In this document: positions 10,964 through 22,900 of the stretch, piece after piece
Position numbering within the stretch: the stretch's first letter is position 1
Layout of the letters: the number at the start of each line of letters is the position of its first letter
Assembly: GCF_001194135.2 (NCBI RefSeq)
Contig: NC_068987.1
Span: 43,764,813 to 43,814,314, forward strand
Direction of reading: 5' to 3'
Length of the DNA stretch: 49,502 nt
Source: Octopus bimaculoides
Lineage: Eukaryota
Translations under genes and position numbers: made by a program
The notes under the pieces: generated by a model
Told to the model about the DNA's origin: nothing
What the model saw: only the letters and a program-made list of their open reading frames with translations
Databases searched by the model: none

Positions 10964-13900
10964 GTCATTTATTCATTCATTTGTCTAATTTTGTCACAGT
11001 TTGGCTGACTGAAAACTCTTGGTTATAGCTCTTGTTAACAATTCAAATGCCCAATTCTATATCATTATTATCATCAATATTCTCTCACACTAGCAGCCTA
11101 AGTTTTTGNNNNNNNNNNNNNNNNNNNNNNNNNNNNNNNNNNNNNNNNNNNNNNNNNNNNNNNNNNNNNNNNNNNNNNNNNNNNNNNNNNNNNNNNNNNN
11201 NNNNNNNNNNNNNNNNNNNNNNNNNNNNNNNNNNNNNNNNNNNNNNNNNNNNNNNNNNNNNNNNNNNNNNNNNNNNNNNNNNNNNNNNNNNNNNNNNNNN
11301 NNNNNNNNNNNNNNNNNNNNNNNNNNNNNNNNNNNNNNNNNNNNNNNNNNNNCGGATGTCTCTCCCATGAACACCTCCAAAGGCTTACTGTTCCCCTATC
11401 GCTACTTAGGTTTTATCTCCTATGTAATGTTGTGATTATGTACCACATAAAAATGACAGTGTAGTGTATGCAGGTTGAAGGCTATTGTATGTTTATGAGT
11501 TCTGCCAAATGTGAGCTTTCTTTTCGGGTACATGACGCTGCTGTCCCCCATCACAGGGTTTCATGGGCCCACACCTCCCACACCCTCAAGGTTGGCACAC
11601 TGAAAGGTAAGTCTGATGAGATTGTTGAGATGCTTGAATGGAGACAGTAGACAGATTTGCGCTGCATCCAAGAAGTAAGGCGGAGAGGAAGTTCTGCCAG
11701 GTTCCTCACAGGCAAAGAACACAGGTATAAGATTTTCTAGGCAGGGAACACTGATAGGGTCGGAGGTGTGGGTATACTTTTTGTGGGGCAATGGGTTGAT
11801 AAGGTAATTGAGGTAGTCAGAGTCTGTGATAGAAAACTTAAGATTAAATTACTGCTGCAACATGAGTTACCAACCATTATCTCGGCCTATGCCCCTCAGC
11901 CAGGGCAACCTGATGAATGGAAAGACCAATTTTATGACACCCTCTTGCAGACTACCTCGGCGATGAATGACAGGGACCTTCTCTTTGTGGCTGGCAATTT
12001 CAATGCGCATGTTGGACAACATGCAGGGGACTTCCATGGCATACATGGAGGCTATGGTTTTGGATCCCACAATGAGGAGAGAGCCAGGCTGCTGGAGTTC
12101 TGTGATGCAAATGATCTTATGGTCTGTAATACTAACTTCAGGAAACCTGCCAGTCACCTATTCACCTACCAATCTGGTGGACACACTAGTCAGTTTGACC
12201 ACATTCTCACCAGGAAACGGGAAAGATGGCTATTTATGAATGCCAAAATCTTCCCAGGTGAAGAATGCACCCCACAACATAGATTAGTAGTTAGTGACTT
12301 CAGGATCAGGGCTAAATGGATACCCAGAAGACGACCAGCATGGAGAAGAAGGGTCTGGAAGCTTAAGGATCCTGTGAATGGAGAGAGATTTAGAGATGTA
12401 TTACTCAAACCTTTTGATGAAAAAGAGGTGGATATAGCATCACATGATGTGTAAGGCAACTTGAGGTTTCTACAGGACAACCTGTTGAGGGCTACTGCCC
12501 AGATCTATGGATGGTGCAAAGTTTCCTCCCGACCAAAGGTAATGTGGTGGTGGAACAATGTAGTTGACACAGCCATTAGAGAAAAGCAACTGGCATGGAA
12601 GGACTGGAAGAGTGGTGATAGCAAGGAATTGTATCAGATTGCCAGAAGGGAAGCTAGCAGACAGGTTTATCTAGCCAGAGGGGAAGCAGATGAGAAAAAA
12701 TTTGCCATTGTTCTGTATTGTGAGGACTGAAGAAATAAAGTGCTTCTTGTTGCAAGACAGTGTGTGAGAGAGAAATGTGATGTCATAGGAGAGAAATGTG
12801 TCTGCATGGATGATGGCTCACTTGCATTTAATGAAGCTGCAAAGAGAGAGACTTAGAGACACCACTATGAAAGGTTGCTAAATGAAAAGAATGAATCAGA
12901 GAAAGAGAGTCTGTCAAATATCAACCCAACAGAGGGACCAGCTATCCTAATTGACAGTACCTTGGTAGATAAAGCAATTAAGAGTATGAAGACAGGGAAA
13001 GCCCCCGGCCCATCAGGAATCACTGCAGAGATGCTTAAAATAACTGGCGGTGTTGGCTATAGTCTAGTTACCTATATTGTCAATCAGGTGATACATGAAA
13101 GGGTCATTACTAATGACTGATGTAGCAACACCATAGTCAACTGCTTCAAAGGTAAAGGTGATGCATTAGATACAAATAATTACAGAGGTATCAAGTTGTT
13201 GGATCAGGTAATGAAAGTCACGGAGAGGGTCACAGTTCAACCATTTAGGGAGATAGTCAGTCTAGATGATATGCAATCTGGGTTTGTCCCAGGGAAAAGC
13301 ACCACTGATGCTATATTTCTGGTAAGACAGCTGCAGGAGAAATTCCTAGCCAAAGATAAACCTCTGTATCAGGCTTTCGTTGACATGGAGAAAGCCTTTG
13401 ACATAGTCCCCCAATTCCTTATCTGGTAGTCAATGCAGAAATTAGGGATAGATGAATGGTTAGTGAGAGCTGTACAAGCCATGTACAGAGATGCAGTCAG
13501 TAAGGTGAGGGTTGGCAACGAGTACAGTGAAGAATTCTGGGTAGGGGTCCACCAATGATCAATCCTCAGCTCCATCTTATTCACCACAGTCCTCCAAGCA
13601 ATAACAGAGGAATTCAAGACAGGATGCCCCTGGGAGCTTCTCTTTGCTGATGATGACTTTGCTCTAATAGCTGAGTCATTACCAGAACTAGAGAAGTTTC
13701 AGGTGTGGGAGCAAGGTCTAGAATCGAAGGGCCTTAGAGTCAATCTAGCAAAAACCAAAGTCTTAATAAAGTAGGAAGGCAGACAAACCACAAATCCTTT
13801 CAGGTAGATGGCCCTATTCGATCTGTAGAAAAGGAGTAGGTAGAAACTCCATAACATGTACTCGGTGTAAGTTATGGACACATAAGAGGTGCAGCAATAT

Positions 13901-16900
13901 CAAAGGAAGGCTAACTGGAAAGATAGACTTTCATCATCATCATCATCGTTTAACGTACGCTTTCCATGCTGTCATGGGTTGGACGGTTTGACTGAGGACT
14001 GGCGAGCCAGATGGCTACAATCTGATCTGGCAGAGTTTCTACAGATGGATGCCCTTCCTAATGCCAACCACTCCGAGAATGTAGTGGGTGCTCTTACGTG
14101 CCACCAGCACGAGGGCCAGTCTGGCGGTACTGGCAACGGCCATGCTTAAATGGTGTTTTTTACGTGCCACCTGCACAGGAGCCAGTCCAGTGGCACTGGC
14201 AATGACCTCACTCAAATGTTATTTTTCATCTGCCACCGGCACAAGTACCAGTAAGGCAACGCTGATAACGATCACACTCGAATAGTACTTTTTACGTGCC
14301 ACCTGCACAGGAGGCAGTTAGCATTCCTGGCAACGATCATACTCGGATGCCAGTCAGGCCATGCAATCATCAGACACGTCAGCGAATTTGATTTCGGTTT
14401 CACTTGCCTCAGCAGGTCTTCGCAAGCAGAGTTTAGTGTCCAACGAAAGAAAGGTACACGTAAGTGGGCTGGTTACACCACTGGCATAGGCCACGGGTTA
14501 TGGCCTCACTTGGCTTGCCGGGTCGGAGCAATAAAAACTGAAAATGTGCAGGAAACACCTTCCGTCAAATGGTAAGGGGAAAAACTACAAGTAGTTGGTA
14601 GTTTCCGTTACCTAGGTGACCAAGTCAGTAGCAGGGGCAGGTGCTCTGAGAGTGTAGCTGCTGGAATAAGAATAGCCTAGGCAAAGTTCAGAGAGCTACT
14701 ACCTCTGCTGGTGACAAAGGGCCTCTAGCTCAGAGTAAAAGGTAGACTGTATGACTCGTGTACAAACAGCCATGCTTCATGGCAGTGAAACATGGGCTGT
14801 GACTGCTGAAGACATGCGTAAGCTTGCAAAGAATGAAGCTGGCATGCTCCACTTGATGTGTAATGTCAGTGTGCATAAACGACAGAGTGTAAGCAGCCTC
14901 AGAGAAAAGTTGAACTTAAGAAGCATCAGATGAGGTGTGCAAGAGAGACAACTGCACTGGTATGGTCATGTGTTGCATATGGATGAGGACAGCTGTGTGA
15001 AAAAGTGTCACACCCTAGCAGTAGAAAGAACCTGTTGAAAAGGTAGACCCAGGAAGACCTGGGATGAGGTGATGAAGCACGACTATCGAACATTGGGCTT
15101 CAACGAGTTGATGACAAGCAACCAAGGCCTTTGGAGATATGCTGTGCATGAGAAGACCTGGTAAGTCAAGTGAGACATTAACTGTGGCCTATGCCAGTGT
15201 AGCATAACCAGCCCATTTAAGAGTACACTTCAATCCTTGGGCAATAATCTACAATTGCGAAAACTTGTTGAGGCAAGTGAAATCATTGTCATGGCAGCTG
15301 ACAGTACCACCTGATTGGCATCAATGCCAGTGGCACATAAAAAGCACCATTCAAGCGTGGTTGATGCCAGTGTCGCCTGACTAGTACCATGCCAGTGGCA
15401 GGTTAAAAGCACCATTCGAGTGTGATCGTTACAAGTGCTGCCTGACTGGCTCCCATACCAGTGGCATGTAAGGAGCACCATTCGAGTGTGGTCAATGCTA
15501 GTGCCATCTCACTGGCTCCTGTGCTGGTGGCATGTAAAAAGCACAATTTGAGCATGGTCACTGCCAGTACTGCCTCACTGGCTCCTATTCTGGTGGCACA
15601 TGAAAAGCACCATCCAAGCATGGTTCATGCCAACACCACTCGACTGGCCTTCGTGCCAGTGACACGCAAAAAACAGTGTTTTAAAAAAGATTGTTAAATT
15701 TTCAGATTAACACTCGCACGATTTTTCACTACAGTGTTAGAGTTGGGGTTTCAGGATCAGGGTTAGAGTTTGGTAGGTAATCGTGCAGGTGTTAATCTCA
15801 AGATTTACGAAAAGATTTTCCAAAAAGCTTAGTTTGTAGGGAATAAATGCTTATCGATCGTATTTGAAAACGATGTGTGGCTATTTTTTTTTTTTTGTTA
15901 TCATGGTGAAAGACGAGTAAGAAATAACTTACAATTCCCGCCAATTAGAATGAGATATGTATGTATATATGTATGTAGTATGAAAATGAAATCATTAAAG
16001 TGAAACTATCTGTCATTACACTATCGAAATGTGATTGTTTCAGTTTTGATACTGTAATAGTTTTCTTTTACTGTCAGTGTTTCTCCTTCCTTTCTTTTTG
16101 TATTTGTTGTTGGAATGTTCAGAAAGGTTCATAAGAGAAAGTAGAAGTTGAAAGGATTTGTAAAGGTAGTAGGAAGAGGAAATTAGATTTTATTAGGTGG
16201 GGGGAAATGTTTATTTGTGTAGTTTTATGGATTTTATTCGTTATTAGGAGTTATNNNNNNNNNNNNNNNNNNNNNNNNNNNNNNNNNNNNNNNNNNNNNN
16301 NNNNNNNNNNNNNNNNNNNNNNNNNNNNNNNNNNNNNNNNNNNNNNNNNNNNNNCTTTTTTAGTTGATTTTCACCTAGCAAGACTTATCGTAGATGGAGT
16401 AATACGTCACACCCGGACAAGGTCGGGTTTTACTGCTAGTATATATATATATATGTATGTTTGTGTGTAACCATTTATTAGTGTATAGCATATATGACCA
16501 ACTATTAAGTTTATCTCTACTTCACTCAGTTTTGTGATATCTGAAATAATGTAATTGCAGATGTCACCATGGACCACAAGGGAAGTGCCTTCACTGTGCA
16601 GCTTTAGAGGTGAGTCAAAGAATGTTTATTCTTCACTGTCTGCTAATTATTCTTACAGGTGATAAATCAGCACTTGACTGGTAAGTTAACAGGAATCATG
16701 TTAAGGTGCAGGTATAGTTGTGTGGTTGAGAAGTTTGCTTCACGACCATGCAGCTTTGTTTCAGCCCTACAACAAGGTACCTTAAGCAAGAATCTTTTAC
16801 TCGAGTCTCAAGCTAACTTTAGTTTTGTGAGTGGATTTAGTAGAAGAAAACTGAAAGAAGCCTATTGTGGCTGTATGATTAAGAAGCTTGTTTCCCAAGC

Positions 16901-19900
16901 ATGACACCGTGGCTAAGTGCCTTCTTCTAAGCCCCCAGACCAGCCAAAATCTTGTTGGTGTTTTGGTAAATGAAAGCTGAAAGAAGTTTGTGTGTATGTA
17001 TTTGTGTGCAACCTCGCACCACATAATGGTTGTAAATGAGTGTCACTGTCATATAAGTGATGCTGTTTGTTTCCGGTCTTATGTGAAAATCATGTCTGGC
17101 CATGGCAACATATTCCCCCCCTCCCACCTCCTCGTTTATGTTTGTCCTTGTCCAAAAATTTCTGTCTTGCAGGCAGAGACATTATTTTCCCTGTCAACAA
17201 ATTGTCCACTGGCTTTATGCCATTCAAGCTGTGATGTGTTAAAATGAGAGATTCTTTACTTGAAAAACAGGCAGGACTTAGGGATAGGAAGACCATTCAG
17301 TTGTAAAACAATGCTTCAATAATATATTTATCAAGTCCATGCTAACATGGTAAAAACATGTAAAAAATGAATGAAACAAACAAATGTTAAGCTTTATATT
17401 TTAAATGACTTACCTTATTACTTTTAATTATTTGCCATATGCCATGCTATTGTCAAGTTTTTGACAAAACTACAAATAAAGGCTTTAAAAATAAAGTAGG
17501 TAGTATTTTTTTTATCATTATTATATGTATTAGTTTCATTTAAAGGTGGCAACTTAAGAAATGGTAAAATGTTAAACTAAATTTCTTGCTGTATCTAGGT
17601 TCATCTGTGTTTTGAGTTCAAGTTTCACCAAAATTCACTTTGCATTTCATCCCTTTAGGCTCCATAAATTAAGTGCCAGGGAAATACTGAGAGGAAGAGA
17701 ATATTTAATCTTTTTTTTTTTCTACTTGTTTCAGTCAGTAGACTGCAGCCATACTGGGACATTGCCTTGAAGAGTTTTTAGTTGAACAAATTGACCCCAG
17801 TACTTTTTTTTAAAGCCTGATACTTATTCTATCATTCTCTTGTGCTGAACTGCTAAGTTATGGGGTTGTAAACAAACCAACACCAGTTGTCAAGCAATTG
17901 TGGGGGACAAACACAAAGATACACTCACATAAACACACACACACACTTGATGGCTTCTTTCAGTTTCTGTCTACCAAATCTACTCACAAAACTTTGATAG
18001 GCCCATGGCTATAGTAGAAGACACTTGCCGAAAGTGCCACGCAGTGGGACTGAACCTGGAACCATGTGGTTGGGAAGCCAGCTTCTTACCACACAGCCAT
18101 ACCTGCACCTGTTGGTGTTAATTAACTGTGATGCAACAATTCAGTGCTAGATAATACAGTGCATAGACAATTCAGCAAAGAACATCTTATTAAAGGTTAG
18201 TTTTGGAATGAAAAAAAAAAAAAGAAGAACAATTTCAATTATTTATTTAAAAACATGTAAAGATAAAAGATAAAAGATACAGAAAGAATGAAAAATGCTA
18301 AATTATATTCTTTGAATCAGTAGTTAGCTAGTTAAATTTTATTTAAAGGTGTAGTTATCATTTCATACAGGTGTTTGTGTCTATCATCATCATCATCATC
18401 ATCATCATCGTCATCGTTTAATGTCTGCTTTCCATGCTAGCATGGGTTGGACGATTTGACTGAGGACTGGTGAAACCAGATGGCTACACCAGGCTCCAAT
18501 CTGATTTGGCAGAGTTTCTACAGCTGGATGCCCTTCCTAACGCCAACCACTCAGAGAGTGTAGTGGGTGCTTTTACGTGTCACCCGCACGAAGGCCAGTC
18601 AGGTGGTACTGGCAACCGCCACGCTCAAAATGGTGCATTTTATGTGCCACCCACACAAGAGCCAGTCCAGGAGCACTGGCAACGATCTTGCTCGGAAATC
18701 TCACAAAAGCCAGCCAGGCAGCACTGGCAACGGTCACGCTGTTTATGTTTTTTTTTGCTGGTGTTTGTTTCATGTATATGTATGCTTTTTGTTTATGTAT
18801 AGTTAATCTATTCTATGACTGCTATGTTTGTAGGTTGCATGTGTTTTAGATATACAACCAACACCAATTTAATCTAATAATAAATTACATATATTACATG
18901 CACCAAATTGTCTATGTGCTGAATTGTCTATGCACTGAATTATCTAGTGCTGAATTGTCAGGCACTGAATTGTCAGTACTCTTAATTAACTACATTCATC
19001 TTTAATGAATTTGTGTCTACCAGTTTGAGAAATCAGTTTGTATCATTTGTTGTGTTGCCTATATTAGAACTTAATGCTAGTGTTGGGCTTGTTAATTGAT
19101 CTAGTTTTGATTTATTTTTAACATTGGTTTGCTATTTATTTTATGGTGCTCTTACAATAGAACTGATGCTGCTGTACTTGTTTATTATTCATCTAACTGT
19201 TGGCAGTGAATGCAGGAAAGACTTTTCTTGTCTGCTTTACACTGTAAGAACTAAGTTAACCAATTAGTATTTAAACTGGGCTTACACGGCTCAAATGTTC
19301 TGCCTGTTTTACATTAAAACAGGACTGATCTGGTCTGTCACACCTACCCTACAATGTCATTCTGCAATTAAGCAACTGTTTCATTGAAATCTTGAAGCTA
19401 TGAGATTATGCATGATTGATTCAAAACAATGTGAATAAATAAGCATTACATTTGACAGAGTTATCGGAATGCTAAAGGGTTAAGTATCAACCCTATGGAG
19501 CTAAGGAGCCTTAATATGATTGCTTGAATTGCTAGAAATAGTAACCAAATTTTTCTGCTATTTTAAAAAAGACATGCTAGATAACGTGGTCCTGGATTCC
19601 CTACACACTGCAAAAAGAGGGGATGGTCATGCCTTTCATCATAGTTCTGTTTACTCAGGGTTGACCTGTGATTAAACAACAACTGCTTTAATAATGTGAA
19701 TAGACAACAAGGATAGCTGGGTGATGTTGATGTTATTGTTGTAGGTGATAAAGGTGATGTTCTATAGAAGAGAGGTTGAGCAGTTTGGATGGGTTGGTGA
19801 GTTTGAAACGAATGGGATGTAGTTCTATGGAAGAGAGGCTGTCTTAGTTTCAGCATGTCTTAGTCATTACACCCCTTGGTTCATCTATCAGTTTTTTCAT

Positions 19901-22900
19901 ACTTTTCCATTTCTGTTCTCAGCCTTACGATGAGGAAGTGATGAAATCTTGTAAACCTCCAATAAAGTTCTTTTCCTTCCACTCCTATCTGCGTAAGTTG
20001 ACTGGTGGAGTAGATAAGTAAGTAATATCTTTTCCTTCATTCTACCTTGTTGCTTATTTACAGGTTGATGTTTTTGTTACGTGTTGAGAATGTGACGTGT
20101 GAGAGAGATTGTTAATGTTAACATCTTATCTTTCATATTTCAGTTAAAATCTAGAATCTGTTCACTGTGTGTTAGCTTTCTTTGTTATCCTTGTGAATAT
20201 GTAAATTTGTTATAGAAGGCCTGAAAGGTATTAATGTAATTATTATTAAGGGGTGAGCTGTCTGAATTGGCAAAAATGCATGGCAGTATTTGTTCCAGCC
20301 CTTTACATTCTGAGTTCAAATTCCACTGGAGTCAATTTTGCCCATCATCTTTTGAGAGTCAATAAAATAAAGTTACCAGTCAAATACTGGGATCCATGTA
20401 ATTGACTAACCCCTTCCCCCTAAAATTACTGGCCTTGTGCCAAAATTTGAAACCATTATTATTATTTATTGTTGTTCCACTGTGGATGAGTGGCAGAACT
20501 CTTCAAGTGATGGTCAAAATGTCCCTTTATATTTGGTGTTTTAGAAGAACCGAGACAGTGACAATGAAAATATTTTAATAATCTGTAAGATTACAATCAA
20601 TGTTGACTCATATATAAAAATTTTAGAATTCAACAATATTGTTGAAGGATTTTTTCTCCTCTCTCTGTCCTTTGTCCTTCCTCTATATTATTCCTCTGAC
20701 TGACTACCTCCTGTTTTCTTTCACAGATTTACTACTAAAGTCAAAAGGCACACTGTTGATGGTTTCTTTTATTTATTTTTTAAACATTTCCTGTGAGGAT
20801 TGCATATTGCTATGGCTGTTTCTAGATAATCTGTAAAGATAATTAGATGTGCCAAAAAAAGTAAACTTTCAATGCTGCACAGATGAAAGAAGTGTAATGT
20901 CATGTGACTGGAGTAGAACTCTTCATTAATGCATTTTTCATTAATTGCAAATTTTATAGTTTAAGAATCTCTTAATATAATGCTCAACCTTGCCACATTA
21001 ATGTAGAAAGCAAATATTAATTTTCCACAATTAAGGAGAAATTAAGGGGAAAGAAGGTTGACTGAACATTTTAACTATACCCATGGCTACAGTGGGGGTT
21101 GACACATTTTTGAATACCTGAGACACTTAGTGATAAACACACTTTTAGAGTAAAACAATGTAGACATGTACATAATATTGCTGTTGTGATTGCACTCTCT
21201 GAGTGCATATGTAAACATTTAAGTTGTGTTTTATGAAAATTTTATTAGAATCATACATATGGCACACACACTTATGATAACTTGCATTATTCATTTGCTG
21301 TACCAGACACATTTTCATTATAACATCACTTTTTGTTTCTATCAGTCTTTTGCTGGCTCCTAAAATCTGTCTCCATAATTCGGCCTTACCTGTCACTTCT
21401 GGTTCATCATACACAAGCTGTGTCAACATTTCCCATATATATTCTTAATTATGTTCAAATCTGAATTTCTTGCTGGCCATTCAAGTAGACTTATTTTCAT
21501 GTCTTGTATCCATTTCTTGATTGTTTTTAACATGTGAATGCTGTAACTACAGCATTCACATGTTAAAAACAATTGTTGGAGGATAAAGTTGAAGGTGATG
21601 TTCTATAGAAGAGAGGTTGAGTAGTTTGGATGGGTTGGTGAGTTTAAAACGAATGGTATGTAGTTCTATGGAAGAGAGGCTGTCTTAGTTTTAGCATGTC
21701 TTAGTCATTACACTCCTTGGTGAATGCTGTAACTACAGCATTTACATGTTAAAAACAATTGTTGGAGGATACAAATTATCTTCCTTCTCTTTAATATGGA
21801 CAAGGCTCTCATTTGCAACAGCTGGATGTGGCTCATACTGTTCTGCCTTCTTTCTAGCCTCTCAAACCAAAAATATTCACTTGGAAAGACCATGCCCTAT
21901 ACTATTACTCCACCTCTGCTCATCTGGTTCACCTTTCCTTGACCAAGAGCACCAGCCATCAGGTTCATCAAACATAAATCACTTCTTGTCAGTAAAGATT
22001 ACTTTGGTAAAATCAACAGAAGTAGTTAACCATAATTTTGCATATTCTAACCTTGCCTTATGTTTTTTGCAGAAACAAATTTTCCTCTTGGCCTTTCCAT
22101 ACTTGGATCCAATTTCTTTCAATGTTCTTTGAACTGCTCATATATTTACATGTATTTCACATTGCTCCTTCACCTTCTTGCTGTTACCTTTTCTCCAGCT
22201 GCCAGTACACAGGGCACAGTCATTTTCATTCACCTTTGAGTTCTCTTCCCAAGTGACTTTTTCCCTTCCTCTTTTGGTTATAGTTGTTCTTTAGCATATA
22301 TTTCACTGTAGACTTCAAAAATCTTCAAATCAATGACTATTTTTTTCAGGCTTAGGCCATCTTCTTTCCTGTTTTGAACTCAAGAACTTATTTCCTTTGA
22401 ATGCATTTTCATCCCCCCCAATTTTTTTTTTTTCATGTAAAGAAAGATTTCTTGAAGGACTAATGCATGCTGCCTTTGCATTAGAAAATTTGTGTAAAAA
22501 AAGTTTGAAGGGATTGTCTAAGGTGATGCTAAAGTATGCATTGTGTTATGTCTGAAAAATGTCATGTAATTTATATCAAAATATGCAAAAAGTGCTCACA
22601 GTACAGAAAATACTGAAACAAGCATCTTAGTAATTAAATGTTAAAGTTCACAAGTATGTGCTTAGCTCCTCTATTTAACTCCACAAAATAAATTTTCTAT
22701 AAGTACAATTTCTCAGGTGTCTGAAAAAAATTTGTCAATACCCTGTGGTGTTAAGGCAGTAGCAATGTGAATGTTTGTGTTAGAGTAGAGGTTGGAAAAT
22801 TGGTCAGAATTGACTCTTCAAGGCCTATGCAGCTATCCAAGAAATCAATAAATACCTGGAACGATTTTGAGTATTAAGGGTGCTTAACTATTAGTAAACT

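Noticed and set aside
15300-15680. Regularly spaced repeats superficially like a CRISPR array
   Set aside because: Eukaryotic context, degenerate units with related spacers, and located in the LINE 3' UTR.
18900-18980. Degenerate ~16-17-bp tandem repeats (ctgaattgtc)
   Set aside because: Short and degenerate, probably a transposon remnant; no further structure seen.
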